From positions 1 through 47,396 of the forward strand of contig CAYHQC010000001.1 of the NCBI GenBank assembly GCA_964358845.1: a DNA stretch of 47,396 bases, read 5' to 3'. Positions within the stretch are counted from its first letter, which is position 1, and each line of letters opens with the position of its first letter. The notes below the pieces were generated by a model. The model ran no database searches and was not told the origin of the DNA. It worked only from the letters and a program-made list of their open reading frames with translations. Shown here piece by piece: positions 9,052-21,582 of the stretch. Origin of the DNA: an uncultured Gammaproteobacteria bacterium (lineage in GTDB: Bacteria > Patescibacteriota > Microgenomatia > UBA10105 > UBA927). A program made the translations under genes and the position numbers.

Positions 9052-11571
9052 TTACTTCGTTAGGCAGGTGGCTGCGGCTATAGTATCACCTTTGTCGGTA
9101 AAGCGCATCAGAATTACTCCACTGGTCGCGCGCGAGAGTTGCGGGACAGATTTAAGCGGCAACTTCACGACTTGACCTTTCATAGATGTCAAAATGACTT
9201 CCTCAGCATTTTCAGGAACCATTTGAGAAACGACAACTTTACCAGTTTTATCTTTAATTTCAGCCACCTTTACTCCTTGTCCGCCGCGTCGCTGTTTGGG
9301 AAATCCTGTGACACTCGTTTTTTTACCAATCCCCTTCTCCATCACCGTAAAGAAGTCTACTTTTTTATTTTTGGCGGTAATCATGTCCATGCCGACGATA
9401 AAGTCGCCGGTTTTTAAAAGTATTCCTCTCACTCCCATGGTATCGCGACCAGTATGCCGAACCTCTGTTTCTGTAAATCGGATAGATTTTCCTTCATGAG
9501 AAACAAGAAGAATATCATCCTCACCACTGGTCAACTTGGCCCAGATGAGGGAGTCGCCGCTTTCCAACTTGATAGACACTAATCCATTTCGTCTGATGTT
9601 TTCGTATTCAGACAATTTGGTTTTTTTCACGACTCCTCGTTTGGTGGCCATCAAGATATACGCGATGCCTTTTTCCTTTTGTTCTTTTTTATCCAAACTG
9701 TAGGTAAGAATTGATGTCACTTTTTCAGTACTTTCCGTATTGATAAGATTGACGACCGCCTGACCTTTGGATTGGCGGCTTCCTTCGGGGATGTCCCAGA
9801 CGCGTACCTGATACACCTTGCCCCGATCTGAGAAAAATAAAAGATTATCATGGGTATGGGCTGAGACTAATTTGCCGATGGCATCTTCATCTTTGGTCGT
9901 CATGCCGATGACTCCCTTGCCTCCGCGCTCCTGGAGCTTAAAAGACGATCGTGGGACGCGTTTGATGTAGCCTGTTTCCGTCATCGTGATAATCGTCTCT
10001 TCGTTAGGAATAAGTTGTTCATCGGTAAATTCACCCACCTTGCTTTTAAATACCTTGGTACGCCGAGCGTCGCCAAATTTTTCTTTGAGTTTGATGATTT
10101 CATCTTTTATCACTTTGAGAATTTTTTCCGGGTGATCCAAAAGATCCAAAAGATAGGCAATTGTTTCGCGAATCATTGAAAGTTCGTCCTCGATTTTTTG
10201 TCGTTCGAGGGCTGCTAATCGACGAAGCTGCATATCTAAAATTGCGACGGCTTGTAATTCTGAGAGCCCAAACCGTGATTTTAACTTCTGTTTGGCTTCT
10301 TCTGCATCTTTGCTTTTTTTGATTATAGAAATCACTTCATCGATGTGATCGACCGCGATTTTTAATCCTTCCAAAATGTGTTCGCGTGAGCGTGCTTCTC
10401 TGAGTTCAAATTCGCTTCTTCTTCGTATTACACTATGCCTATGTTTTACGTACTCTTCTAAAATTTCTCGAAGGGTCAGTGTGCGGGGTGTGCCATCCAC
10501 AAGTGCCACGGTGTTTACAGGAAATGAGGTTTGCAGTTCCGTTTGTTTGTAGAGATTGTTCAGCACGCGTTTGGGTTGGGCATCTCGCTTGAGTTCCACA
10601 ACGACCCGAATTCCTCGTCTGTCAGATTCGTCGCGTAGATCAGAGATGCCGTCGATTTTTTTGTCTTTGACAAGATCTGCAATCCGAGCGACTAAATTGG
10701 CTTTGTTTACCTGATACGGAAGTTCAGAAATAGCTATTGCACTTTTGCCGTTCCCCATTTCTTCAATTTCTGCCTTGCCGCGAATAACTATTTTTCCTTT
10801 TCCTGTCGCATAAGCACTTTTTATTTCATTGATGTCATAAATCATACCCGCAGTTGGAAAGTCAGGACCCGTGACAAATTCCATCAGATCCTCAACAGTA
10901 GCCGTAAATACAAAGGTAGGCGCTTTTCCTGATTCGATGTTTGAGACTTTCGTTTTACTAATTAAAAATACGATAGCATCGACCAGCTCACCTAAATTAT
11001 GCGGTGGAATTTTGGTCGCCATACCCACAGCGATTCCTTCTGATCCCATAAGAAGTAAATTCGGAAGCTTGGCGGGCAAGTACAGCGGCTCTTTGATCGT
11101 GCCGTCAAAGTTTGGTTCAAAGTCGACTGTTTCTTTTTCGATATCCAAAAGCATTTCTGCAGAAATTGCCGAAGAGCGAGCTTCTGTATACCGCATGGCA
11201 GCTGGCGGATCCCCATCAATTGATCCGAAGTTTCCCTGACCATCAACGAGTGGATAACGGATGGAGAAATTTTGTGCCAAACGAACCATGGATTCATAGA
11301 CGGGTGCATCTCCATGGGGATGATATTTTCCTAATACTTCTCCTACTACCGTTGCGCTTTTTCTGTATTTTGAGGTGTGGTGAAGGCCCATCTGATGCAT
11401 CGCGTAAAGAATTCTCCGGTGGACGGGCTTTAAGCCGTCCCGTACGTCGGGAAGAGCGCGAGACACGATGACAGACATCGCATAGTCAAGGTATGATTTC
11501 TGCATTTCAACGACGATGTCTGACTCTTTGACTTTTCCAATGTTGGCCATATATGTTTTTAACGTTAACAA
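9052..11571 (-). CDS. gyrA: DNA gyrase subunit A
   Basis: [18 protein letters not shown] and AAMRYTE (catalytic Tyr), plus C-terminal beta-pinwheel repeats. Confidence 0.97.
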   Translation of the reverse strand: MLTLKTYMANIGKVKESDIVVEMQKSYLDYAMSVIVSRALPDVRDGLKPVHRRILYAMHQMGLHHTSKYRKSATVVGEVLGKYHPHGDAPVYESMVRLAQNFSIRYPLVDGQGNFGSIDGDPPAAMRYTEARSSAISAEMLLDIEKETVDFEPNFDGTIKEPLYLPAKLPNLLLMGSEGIAVGMATKIPPHNLGELVDAIVFLISKTKVSNIESGKAPTFVFTATVEDLMEFVTGPDFPTAGMIYDINEIKSAYATGKGKIVIRGKAEIEEMGNGKSAIAISELPYQVNKANLVARIADLVKDKKIDGISDLRDESDRRGIRVVVELKRDAQPKRVLNNLYKQTELQTSFPVNTVALVDGTPRTLTLREILEEYVKHRHSVIRRRSEFELREARSREHILEGLKIAVDHIDEVISIIKKSKDAEEAKQKLKSRFGLSELQAVAILDMQLRRLAALERQKIEDELSMIRETIAYLLDLLDHPEKILKVIKDEIIKLKEKFGDARRTKVFKSKVGEFTDEQLIPNEETIITMTETGYIKRVPRSSFKLQERGGKGVIGMTTKDEDAIGKLVSAHTHDNLLFFSDRGKVYQVRVWDIPEGSRQSKGQAVVNLINTESTEKVTSILTYSLDKKEQKEKGIAYILMATKRGVVKKTKLSEYENIRRNGLVSIKLESGDSLIWAKLTSGEDDILLVSHEGKSIRFTETEVRHTGRDTMGVRGILLKTGDFIVGMDMITAKNKKVDFFTVMEKGIGKKTSVTGFPKQRRGGQGVKVAEIKDKTGKVVVSQMVPENAEEVILTSMKGQVVKLPLKSVPQLSRATSGVILMRFTDKGDTIAAATCLTK

Positions 11572-11599
11572 TTTACTGTTAACAGTTAACTGTCAATTG

Positions 11600-12127
11600 T
11601 TACCTGTTGATTGTTGCCTTTATACCGTTTGTCACTTCCTCTTGTGCGACCTTTTTATCTTTCCAGCCTTTGATTTTTACCCATTTGTTGGGTTCTATCT
11701 CTTTGTAGTGTTCAAAGAAGTGTTTAATCTTGGCCTTTATAGGTTCTGGAATATCGCCTACATCTTTCCATACACCAAATAATGGATCTGATTTTTCTGA
11801 AGGGACTGCGATGACTTTTGCATCCATTCCTGCTTCGTCTTCCATTTCAAGCAGGGCGATAGGAACGACGTTGACAAGAATCCCTGGGTATAATGGTTGA
11901 CTACAAAGCACTAAAACGTCGACAGGATCACTATCTCCTGAAAGTGTATTTGGCACGAAGCCGTAGTTAGCGGGATATCCCATCGTTGTTCGCACAAAGC
12001 GATCGACCTCAATCACTTCCGTGTCTTTGTTCATCTCATATTTGACCATGCATCCTTCTGGAATTTCGATAATCACATTCACATCTTCAGGTGGGTTGTT
12101 GCCTGCTTTAATGTTTTTTAGGTTCAT
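11600..12127 (-). CDS. ppa: Inorganic pyrophosphatase (family I)
   Basis: VIIEIPEG...KYE, DGDPVDVLVL. Start moved to the ATG at 12127 (MNLKNIKAG) because the ORF-track extension reads through the GC-rich repeat. Confidence 0.9.
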   Translation of the reverse strand: MNLKNIKAGNNPPEDVNVIIEIPEGCMVKYEMNKDTEVIEVDRFVRTTMGYPANYGFVPNTLSGDSDPVDVLVLCSQPLYPGILVNVVPIALLEMEDEAGMDAKVIAVPSEKSDPLFGVWKDVGDIPEPIKAKIKHFFEHYKEIEPNKWVKIKGWKDKKVAQEEVTNGIKATINR

Positions 12128-12149
12128 ATATATTCCTTTCTTAATGTAT

Positions 12150-14266
<2,117 letters not shown>

Positions 14267-14284
14267 CTATACCATTTATTAAAG

Positions 14285-14935
14285 TTAGAGAAATGCGCTT
14301 TCTAAAAGAAGCTGCATGTTCATGCTCGACTGGTTTAAATCATACAGTTTCATAAGTCGGGTAAGAATTGTTGAAATTTGGGTTGCGTGGGCAGAAGGAG
14401 GACGGGTAAGTTTTTTTCGAAGAATATGTATAGCATCCGATAAAAAAACCCTGCTCTCTTCTTTTGTTTTACAGGGGAGTGAAAGCATTGAGAGTCTCTG
14501 CCCTGAACTTGCGTTTAACAGATTTTCTATTAATGCTTCATCGATAGAACGATTTGGTGCTAAAACCGTATACTTCTCTTTAAGAACAACAGATTCCAAA
14601 CGGGAAAGAACTGTGGGCAAAAGCATATTTTTTTGCGAAATTCCAAGGAATAGTATTGCAGTCGTTGGTGGTTCTTCAAGTGTTTTTAATAATGCCTGCT
14701 GGGCCTCCATGGTAAGTAAAGATGCGTCAGAAATAACGCCTGCTACCATGGGAGACTGTGATGGAAGTAGTTGTAATCTGGAAATAAATCCCCGAACGTC
14801 GTTTATCCCGATAGAAGATTGAGAAGCATTAATCGTGATGACGTCAAATTGAGAAATATTTAGAGCGTCAAGACGCGCTTGTATTTCTTTCGTACGACTT
14901 TTTTCATCACCCCCAATTATAAGATAGGAATGCAT
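14285..14935 (-). CDS. holB: DNA polymerase III delta-prime subunit-like
   Basis: MHSYLIIGG... and LLKTLEEPP (clamp-loader sensor region). Short, CPR-style version. Confidence 0.7.
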   Translation of the reverse strand: MHSYLIIGGDEKSRTKEIQARLDALNISQFDVITINASQSSIGINDVRGFISRLQLLPSQSPMVAGVISDASLLTMEAQQALLKTLEEPPTTAILFLGISQKNMLLPTVLSRLESVVLKEKYTVLAPNRSIDEALIENLLNASSGQRLSMLSLPCKTKEESRVFLSDAIHILRKKLTRPPSAHATQISTILTRLMKLYDLNQSSMNMQLLLESAFL

Positions 14936-14983
14936 AGGTAGTTGAATTATACATCTAAACGTGTCAATAATAGATAAAGTACT

Positions 14984-16699
14984 ATGTCACCTGCCCAAGA
15001 TCTTTTATCATCACTGGTTGTCAATAAAAAAATATCCTTTGATAGTGCGGAAGAGGTACGTGTGGAAGCGTTAAATAGTGGTGACTCAGAAGAGTCAATA
15101 CTCAAGCGTAAAAGGATGGTTACTGATGAAGATATTGCCAGAGCTCGTGCAGAATCCTTGGGCATACCCTTTATTTCCCTTACTGGTCGGCCGATATCTC
15201 CAGACATTGTCTCGCTTATTCCTGAGCCTGTTGCTCGTCGTTATACATTAGTACCCTTTGAACTTGATCGCAAAAATAATACGGTTTCCGTAGCGATGCT
15301 TGACCCGCTTGATTTTCAAGTTTTAGAATTTTTAGAAAAAAAATCTGGTCATCCTGTCAAGCCATTTATGGCTTTTCAAGATGATATCTTAGCATCTATC
15401 GAGGATGTCTATACACAAAATTTGGGGGCAGATGTAACCGCCGCATTGAAAGAAAATACCTCTTCAATTAAAACGTATGAGGCCGGCCATCTTGGCGAAG
15501 TTATACGTGAGGCGCCGATTGCTCAAATTGTCTCAGCTATATTAGAGCAATCAATTCGTATACGCGCTTCAGATATTCATATCGAGCCTCAACCGGGAGA
15601 CACGCGTGTACGATATCGTGTTGATGGAATTTTGCAAGAGCGGCTGATGCTCCCCGCTAAGCTCCACGAGGCAGTAATTTCGCGTATAAAAATTTTAGGT
15701 GACATGAAAATTGACGAGAAGCGTATGCCTCAAGATGGACGCTTCAATTTTAAAATGGGAGAGCAAGAGGTCGATCTTCGTGTGTCGAGTTTGCCTACGG
15801 TAAATGGTGAAAAGATCGTCATGCGGCTTTTGAAAAAATCCGGTGGTATTCCTACCCTTGGTGAATTGGGACTTCGGGGTACGGCTCTTAAAAATCTTGA
15901 GGCAGGGATTCGTAGACCCCACGGCATAATTCTTGTCACCGGGCCTACTGGCTCTGGTAAAACGACGACGTTATATTCTGTTTTAGCGCTTCTTAATAAC
16001 TCAAAAGTAAATATTTCCACGCTTGAGGATCCTGTAGAATATCAAATATCAGGCGTCAACCAGGTACAGATTAATTCACAAGCCGGTCTTACATTTGCAA
16101 ATGGGCTTCGGTCGTTTTTACGACAGGACCCTAATATTATTTTGGTTGGAGAAATTCGTGATAAAGAAACATCTGAGCTTGCTGTGCAGGCGGCACTTAC
16201 CGGGCATTTAGTATTTTCGACTCTTCATACCAATAATGCATCAGGTGCAATTCCACGACTTATCGATCTTGGGGCTGAACCATTTCTTTTGGCCTCAGCA
16301 CTCACGGCAATTGTCGGACAACGTATCTCAAGGCGGGTATGCCCAACCTGTAAAGTAGAATATGCTCCAGAGCAAGCGGTACTTGATGATCTTCATTCAA
16401 TTATCGGATCACTGTGGCAAACGGATAAGCCCATGGTGTTATATCATGGCAAAGGCGAGGTGAATGGTTCCCCGTGTGAAACGTGTAGCGGTACAGGATA
16501 TTTTGGACGCATGGGTGTATACGAGGTGTTCACTGTGACAGACGCAATAAGTAAAATGATGTTATCTCGGTCTCCCATGAAAGAAATTGAACATATGGCT
16601 ATAGAAGAAGGAATGATTACCATGAAACAAGACGGATATTTGAAAGCGCTTGAAGGCATTACTACTATTGAAGAGGTATTAAGAGTAGCGCAAGACTAG
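14984..16699 (+). CDS. pilB: Type IV pilus assembly ATPase PilB (GspE family)
   Basis: N-terminal MshEN-like domain, Walker A GPTGSGKTTT, Asp/His boxes, and a CPxC...CxxC tetracysteine motif. Confidence 0.92.
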   Translation: MSPAQDLLSSLVVNKKISFDSAEEVRVEALNSGDSEESILKRKRMVTDEDIARARAESLGIPFISLTGRPISPDIVSLIPEPVARRYTLVPFELDRKNNTVSVAMLDPLDFQVLEFLEKKSGHPVKPFMAFQDDILASIEDVYTQNLGADVTAALKENTSSIKTYEAGHLGEVIREAPIAQIVSAILEQSIRIRASDIHIEPQPGDTRVRYRVDGILQERLMLPAKLHEAVISRIKILGDMKIDEKRMPQDGRFNFKMGEQEVDLRVSSLPTVNGEKIVMRLLKKSGGIPTLGELGLRGTALKNLEAGIRRPHGIILVTGPTGSGKTTTLYSVLALLNNSKVNISTLEDPVEYQISGVNQVQINSQAGLTFANGLRSFLRQDPNIILVGEIRDKETSELAVQAALTGHLVFSTLHTNNASGAIPRLIDLGAEPFLLASALTAIVGQRISRRVCPTCKVEYAPEQAVLDDLHSIIGSLWQTDKPMVLYHGKGEVNGSPCETCSGTGYFGRMGVYEVFTVTDAISKMMLSRSPMKEIEHMAIEEGMITMKQDGYLKALEGITTIEEVLRVAQD

Positions 16700-16726
16700 T
16701 AAACAGTAAACAGTAAACAGTAAAAG
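16699..16726. repeat. Tandem heptamer GTAAACA x3 plus one imperfect copy in the pilB-pilT spacer
   Basis: Read directly; begins inside the pilB TAG stop. Confidence 0.85.
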
Positions 16727-16734
16727 GTTATCTT

Positions 16735-17793
16735 ATGGATATACAATTCATGTTTTCTGAAGCCAAAAGAATGGAAGCATCAGACCTTCATTTTATCGTG
16801 GGATCCCCCCCAATGCTTCGAGTGGCCGGAATACTTATGCCGATTGAAGCAGGACAAATATTACGAGAGCAGGATATAAACGAATTGATTCTTACCACCT
16901 TAAATGCGCAGCAAAAAGAAATTTTAGAGACCAATAAGGAGCTTGATTATTCACTCGCGACTCCATCTGGGCGATTCCGTGTCAATGCATACACTCAAAA
17001 AAATTCTTTGGCAGCAGCATTTCGGCTTATTCCAGAAAATATAAAATCCATCCAAGCCCTGGGACTCCCTGAAATATGTGCTGAGTTTGTCAAACTTCGA
17101 CAAGGGTTAGTTCTCGTGACGGGACCGACAGGACATGGGAAATCGACATCGATTGCATCGATGATTAATGTCATCAATCAAACAAAGCCCATGCATATTG
17201 TTACGATTGAAGATCCCATTGAATATGTTTATTCTCCAGTGTTATCTATTGTTTCACAAAGACAAATGCATACGGATACTCATTCATGGAATATGGCCTT
17301 AAAAAGCGTGTTACGTGAGGATCCTGACGTGGTTTTAATTGGAGAAATGCGTGATCTTGAGACTATACAGGCGGCACTTACCATTGTAGAAACCGGTCAT
17401 TTAGTTTTTGCAACACTTCATACCAATTCTTGTGCACAAACCATAGATCGTATAGTTGATGTCTTTCCACACAATCAACAATCGCAAATCCGTATTCAGT
17501 TTTCCAATGTTCTTGAAGGAATTATTTCTATGCGTTTGGTTCCTGCCTTGAGTGGTTCTCGCGTCCCTGTCGCGGAAATATTAACTGGTACACCTGCCAT
17601 ACGAACGCTTATCCGAGAGGGGAAAACTCATCTTATAGATAATGTGATACAGACGTCTTCTGAGTTTGGGATGATTTCTCTTGAATCAGCACTTGTTGAC
17701 CGTGTGAAGGCGGGTATTATCAGTCAATACGTGGGCGCGTCGTATGCACTAAAGCCAGAAGAATATTGGCGGCTTATAAAAAGTAAGATATAA
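16735..17793 (+). CDS. pilT: Twitching-motility retraction ATPase PilT
   Basis: ASDLH, Walker A GPTGHGKST, GHLVFATLHTN. Confidence 0.9.
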   Translation: MDIQFMFSEAKRMEASDLHFIVGSPPMLRVAGILMPIEAGQILREQDINELILTTLNAQQKEILETNKELDYSLATPSGRFRVNAYTQKNSLAAAFRLIPENIKSIQALGLPEICAEFVKLRQGLVLVTGPTGHGKSTSIASMINVINQTKPMHIVTIEDPIEYVYSPVLSIVSQRQMHTDTHSWNMALKSVLREDPDVVLIGEMRDLETIQAALTIVETGHLVFATLHTNSCAQTIDRIVDVFPHNQQSQIRIQFSNVLEGIISMRLVPALSGSRVPVAEILTGTPAIRTLIREGKTHLIDNVIQTSSEFGMISLESALVDRVKAGIISQYVGASYALKPEEYWRLIKSKI

Positions 17794-17799
17794 CTCTGT

Positions 17800-19014
17800 A
17801 TGCCGTTTTATACCTACAAAGCACGTGAAGTTGGTGGAAAATCAGTTTCTGGTCTTGTGGAAGCTCCCAGCTCAGTTGCTGCGACGAAGCTACTGCATGA
17901 TAAACAATTATTTATCATTTCCATAACGCAATCAAATAAAAGCAGCAGTGGCGGTGGACGAGCTGAAAAATTTTTTAAGCGTGTGCCGTTTAATGACGTC
18001 GTCAATTTTACCCGGCAGCTGGCAACAATGATTGTCGCAGGGTTGTCTCTCCCTGAATCACTCTCTATCTTGAAGTCTCAATCCACCAATCCTACGTTTC
18101 AAAATGTATTAACCGATATAGAGCATCAGATAGTAAGCGGCGGCAACTTGGGAGATTCTTTTGCAAAGTATCCACAGCATTTTTCCGCGATATACATCGC
18201 TCTTGTTCGGGCGGGTGAGACATCGGGGCAATTAGATCGCGTGTTTAATCGCTTAGCAGACACCATGGAAGGACAGCGGGATTTTAAAAGCAAGGTGTCA
18301 GGTGCCATGATTTATCCGGTTATTATTATCATCGGTATGGGAATTGTGGTTACTGTGATGATGACCGTGGTTGTCCCAAAGCTTACGGAACTTTATAAAG
18401 ATTTTGGGGTTGACCTTCCTGCTTCGACGCAAATTCTTATGAACACGTCAGCATTTTTTGTGAAATTTTGGTGGATGATGCTTTTGGTTGGTATAGGCAG
18501 TGTCGTAGGGTTTAAAAAATGGCGTAAGACACCATTCGGCGAGCATTTTGTGGATACTATGCTATTAAAAATTCCTTTATTTGGTGAGTTGCAAAAAAAA
18601 ATTATTCTTGTAGAGTTCACACGTACCCTTGCGATGCTTATTTCATCAGGGATTCGACTTCTTGACGCGTTGTTGATACTTAAAAATGCATTGGGTAACG
18701 TGCTTTTTCGTAATGCCATTACCGAGATTTCTAGAAAAGTTGAGCGCGGATCGCCGCTTGGAGAAACGTTTGTTGAGTACCCAGTATTTCCTCCAATTGT
18801 ATCTCAAATGATTCGAGTAGGAGAGGAAACGGGAAAACTCGATGATACGCTGTTGAAGCTTTCAAAATATTTTGAGACAGAGTCAGAGAATTTAGTAAAG
18901 GGCCTTACCACTGCTATAGAGCCTATCATTATGGTGGTTCTTGGTATTGGGGTCGGATTCATTGTCATATCAGTCATAACGCCTATTTATAATTTGACCA
19001 GTCAGTTCAAATAA
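17800..19014 (+). CDS. pilC: Type IV pilus platform protein PilC (GspF family)
   Basis: Duplicated GspF domains and 3 TM segments. F.RQLATM...G and F.R.LA.L..SG motifs. Confidence 0.9.
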   Translation: MPFYTYKAREVGGKSVSGLVEAPSSVAATKLLHDKQLFIISITQSNKSSSGGGRAEKFFKRVPFNDVVNFTRQLATMIVAGLSLPESLSILKSQSTNPTFQNVLTDIEHQIVSGGNLGDSFAKYPQHFSAIYIALVRAGETSGQLDRVFNRLADTMEGQRDFKSKVSGAMIYPVIIIIGMGIVVTVMMTVVVPKLTELYKDFGVDLPASTQILMNTSAFFVKFWWMMLLVGIGSVVGFKKWRKTPFGEHFVDTMLLKIPLFGELQKKIILVEFTRTLAMLISSGIRLLDALLILKNALGNVLFRNAITEISRKVERGSPLGETFVEYPVFPPIVSQMIRVGEETGKLDDTLLKLSKYFETESENLVKGLTTAIEPIIMVVLGIGVGFIVISVITPIYNLTSQFK

Positions 19015-19077
19015 AGAGTTTAGGGTATTGACAGATATTTTTATTCTGTGATACACCTATATATGAGGAGAAAATAT

Positions 19078-19578
19078 ATGAAGAAATCTTTGGGCTTTAC
19101 GCTTATTGAATTACTTATCGTTATCGCACTTTTGGGAGCATTGGCAGTAGGACTTTTGGCTACGATTGATCCGTTTGAACAATTGAAAAAAGGCAGAGAT
19201 ACGTCACTTCGCAATACTACGTCAGAATTTTATAACGCAAATTTGCGTTTCTATTCGACCAAATCTCAATTTCCTTGGGGTACGGGTGCTACCCAGGGAC
19301 CAGTGTTTTCGGGATTTGCATCTTCTATAACAGAGCTTATGAATGTTGGAGAACTCAAAAACAGATTTCCGGAATTGGCTGGTACATCAAATTTGGAGAA
19401 GCTTTATATCAACTCAACGTCAGCTGAAAATATCTCCGTATGTTTCAAGCCTGAATCCAAGTCTTTCCAAGAAGATTTGAATACGGTGTATGCATCGGAC
19501 GGCGTCACATCGGCTTCAACGTGTAAATCGCAGACGTCAGGAACAGCTGGTACAGACTGCTACTTCTGTATACAGTAA
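19078..19578 (+). CDS. pilA: Type IV pilin (likely major pilin)
   Basis: MKKSLG/FTLIELLIVIALLG class III signal. GAGGAG Shine-Dalgarno 8 nt upstream of the ATG at 19078. Confidence 0.85.
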   Translation: MKKSLGFTLIELLIVIALLGALAVGLLATIDPFEQLKKGRDTSLRNTTSEFYNANLRFYSTKSQFPWGTGATQGPVFSGFASSITELMNVGELKNRFPELAGTSNLEKLYINSTSAENISVCFKPESKSFQEDLNTVYASDGVTSASTCKSQTSGTAGTDCYFCIQ

Positions 19579-19596
19579 AGGGAAGCGAAAACTATC

Positions 19597-21582
19597 ATGG
19601 GACTTCTTGTAGGCATAGGTTCGTTTATCGTCTTTCTCTTTTTTCAGGCACAAGGAATATATAGCGGAGATAGTGGCGATTTGGTTACTGCAGCTATTGA
19701 ATTTGGTGTCCCTCACCCTCCAGGATATCCGCTTTATTCGTTTCTCGGGTATCTATTTTCGCTCGTACCGATTTTTACTCCTTCTTGGCGCCTCACATTA
19801 TTGTCATCAATCCCACATGCTATAACCGTTGTTTTTGTCTTTTTGCTCGTGTACCGGTTCACCAAAAGTCGCCTATCTGCCGTATTTGCAGGATTAATTC
19901 TTTTAGGAAATTACCTTTTTTTCCTCTATTCGGTAACGCCGGAGGTGTTTGCGCTTTTAGATATGTTCCTTATACTTCTTCTCTACGAACTGTTTCTTTA
20001 TAAAAATAATCCATCTTTGCGCATACTCTCTGTCATGGCACTGACATTTGGATTATCACTTACTCATCATCATGTGATTTTGTTTGTTCTGCCTGTGTTG
20101 CTTTTTAGTATAGTATCTTTTGGCTTACCAAAAAAGTTTGGGGTCAAGGATGCGGTAATTCTTCTTTTTTTCTTTCTTTTGGGTTTGTTAGTATACATGT
20201 ATGTTCCTATTGCAGGATCTACTACTGCGATAATTAATTGGGATAAGCCAACGACAGTGGCACGATTTATACAGCTTGTGACGCGGCAAGACTACGGATC
20301 CTTTGTATCGGGTGGTGTCATAGGCAAGTCACTTACAGAGCGGTTTATATCAATGAAGGCATATTTTTCGTTTGTTGTATTGGATTTTAAAGTAATTGGA
20401 ATCGTTCTCTCTCTTGCCGGACTTTTTGTATTATGGATACGAGATCGGATTTTATTTAAAACTGTGTCGCTGCTACTTTTCATTCTCGGTCCTTTCTTTT
20501 TTTTCTATGCAAGTTTTCCTATTGTCGGTCGATTTACGCTTGGGACGTACGAACGGTTTTTATTACCTTCCTATTGTATATATGCGGTGATTTTGGGGAT
20601 TGGATTTGATGAAGTGGTACGGGTAGTGACACTATTTGGAAAGAGGCGATGGTCTGGTTCATCGCTGTTTGGTATTGTATTTTCTGTTATTCTTTTTCTC
20701 TATCCTATCGCCATGGCATCTATCACACTTTATCGATTTATGGGACTTGGTAATGATAAAACTGCAGAAAATTTGGGAAAAGACGTATTGATGAGCGTTC
20801 CACAAGACGCGATTCTTTTACTTTCTCAAGATACGCTACTTTTTATTACCCAGTATGTGCGCTATGGCATGAAGGTGCGTCCTGACACGATAGTGTTACA
20901 TGCCTCAAGGATGACAGCAGAGGATTATAAAGAAGTGGTGAAAAATAGATTCTCAAGCTTGTTGTTTCCTGATATAAATTCACAAACGTATCTTGGTGAT
21001 TTTATAAAAGCAAACAAGAAGGATCATCGAATTTTTTCTAATACGATCCTGGGAGTTGGGGCCGGATGGTATTTTATTCCTCACGGACTTTTATATGAGA
21101 TTGTTACTTTTGAAGAGTTGCTGCCTGTTTCTCAGTTACAAGTGGTAAATAGTGAATTATTTGCAACATATAAAGATCCCCTTTCCGGTATTCTTTCTCG
21201 TTATAAGCATCTTATGCTTTCTGATGTGTTAGACGTGTATGCATGGTCCCACATAAATTATGGAAAGACTTTAGTGAAAGCGACAGCGTATGAAAAAGCA
21301 ATTGTGGAGTTTCAACAAGCGGTTTTTCTTGATGGTAATAGCAGCAAGAAAGATGCGTATACCTATCTTGGGGCAACATACGCGGTAACTGGCAAATGCA
21401 ATGAAGCACTTGAGGCGCTTACAAAAGCCAGAGATGCATCTTTTGGGGTACAACCCGAGCAGCTTTTGTATGAGTCGCTTACGTATCGTGATTGTGTGAA
21501 GGATGCGACGAAGGCAAAAGCTCTTTTTTCCGAGTACGAAAAATTGAAAACATCAGACGACACACCACTGCAATTGCTATAA
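19597..21582 (+). CDS. DUF2723 (TMEM260-like) polytopic glycosyltransferase-like protein with C-terminal TPR region
   Basis: GDSGDLVTAAIEFGVPHPPGYPLYS signature, many TM segments, TPR-like C-terminus. Confidence 0.7.
   Translation: MGLLVGIGSFIVFLFFQAQGIYSGDSGDLVTAAIEFGVPHPPGYPLYSFLGYLFSLVPIFTPSWRLTLLSSIPHAITVVFVFLLVYRFTKSRLSAVFAGLILLGNYLFFLYSVTPEVFALLDMFLILLLYELFLYKNNPSLRILSVMALTFGLSLTHHHVILFVLPVLLFSIVSFGLPKKFGVKDAVILLFFFLLGLLVYMYVPIAGSTTAIINWDKPTTVARFIQLVTRQDYGSFVSGGVIGKSLTERFISMKAYFSFVVLDFKVIGIVLSLAGLFVLWIRDRILFKTVSLLLFILGPFFFFYASFPIVGRFTLGTYERFLLPSYCIYAVILGIGFDEVVRVVTLFGKRRWSGSSLFGIVFSVILFLYPIAMASITLYRFMGLGNDKTAENLGKDVLMSVPQDAILLLSQDTLLFITQYVRYGMKVRPDTIVLHASRMTAEDYKEVVKNRFSSLLFPDINSQTYLGDFIKANKKDHRIFSNTILGVGAGWYFIPHGLLYEIVTFEELLPVSQLQVVNSELFATYKDPLSGILSRYKHLMLSDVLDVYAWSHINYGKTLVKATAYEKAIVEFQQAVFLDGNSSKKDAYTYLGATYAVTGKCNEALEALTKARDASFGVQPEQLLYESLTYRDCVKDATKAKALFSEYEKLKTSDDTPLQLL

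Noticed and set aside
19028-19056. Sigma70-type promoter for the pilin gene, based on TTGACA at 19028-19033
   Set aside because: No convincing -10 hexamer at 16-18 nt spacing; ATACAC and TGATAC are poor matches.
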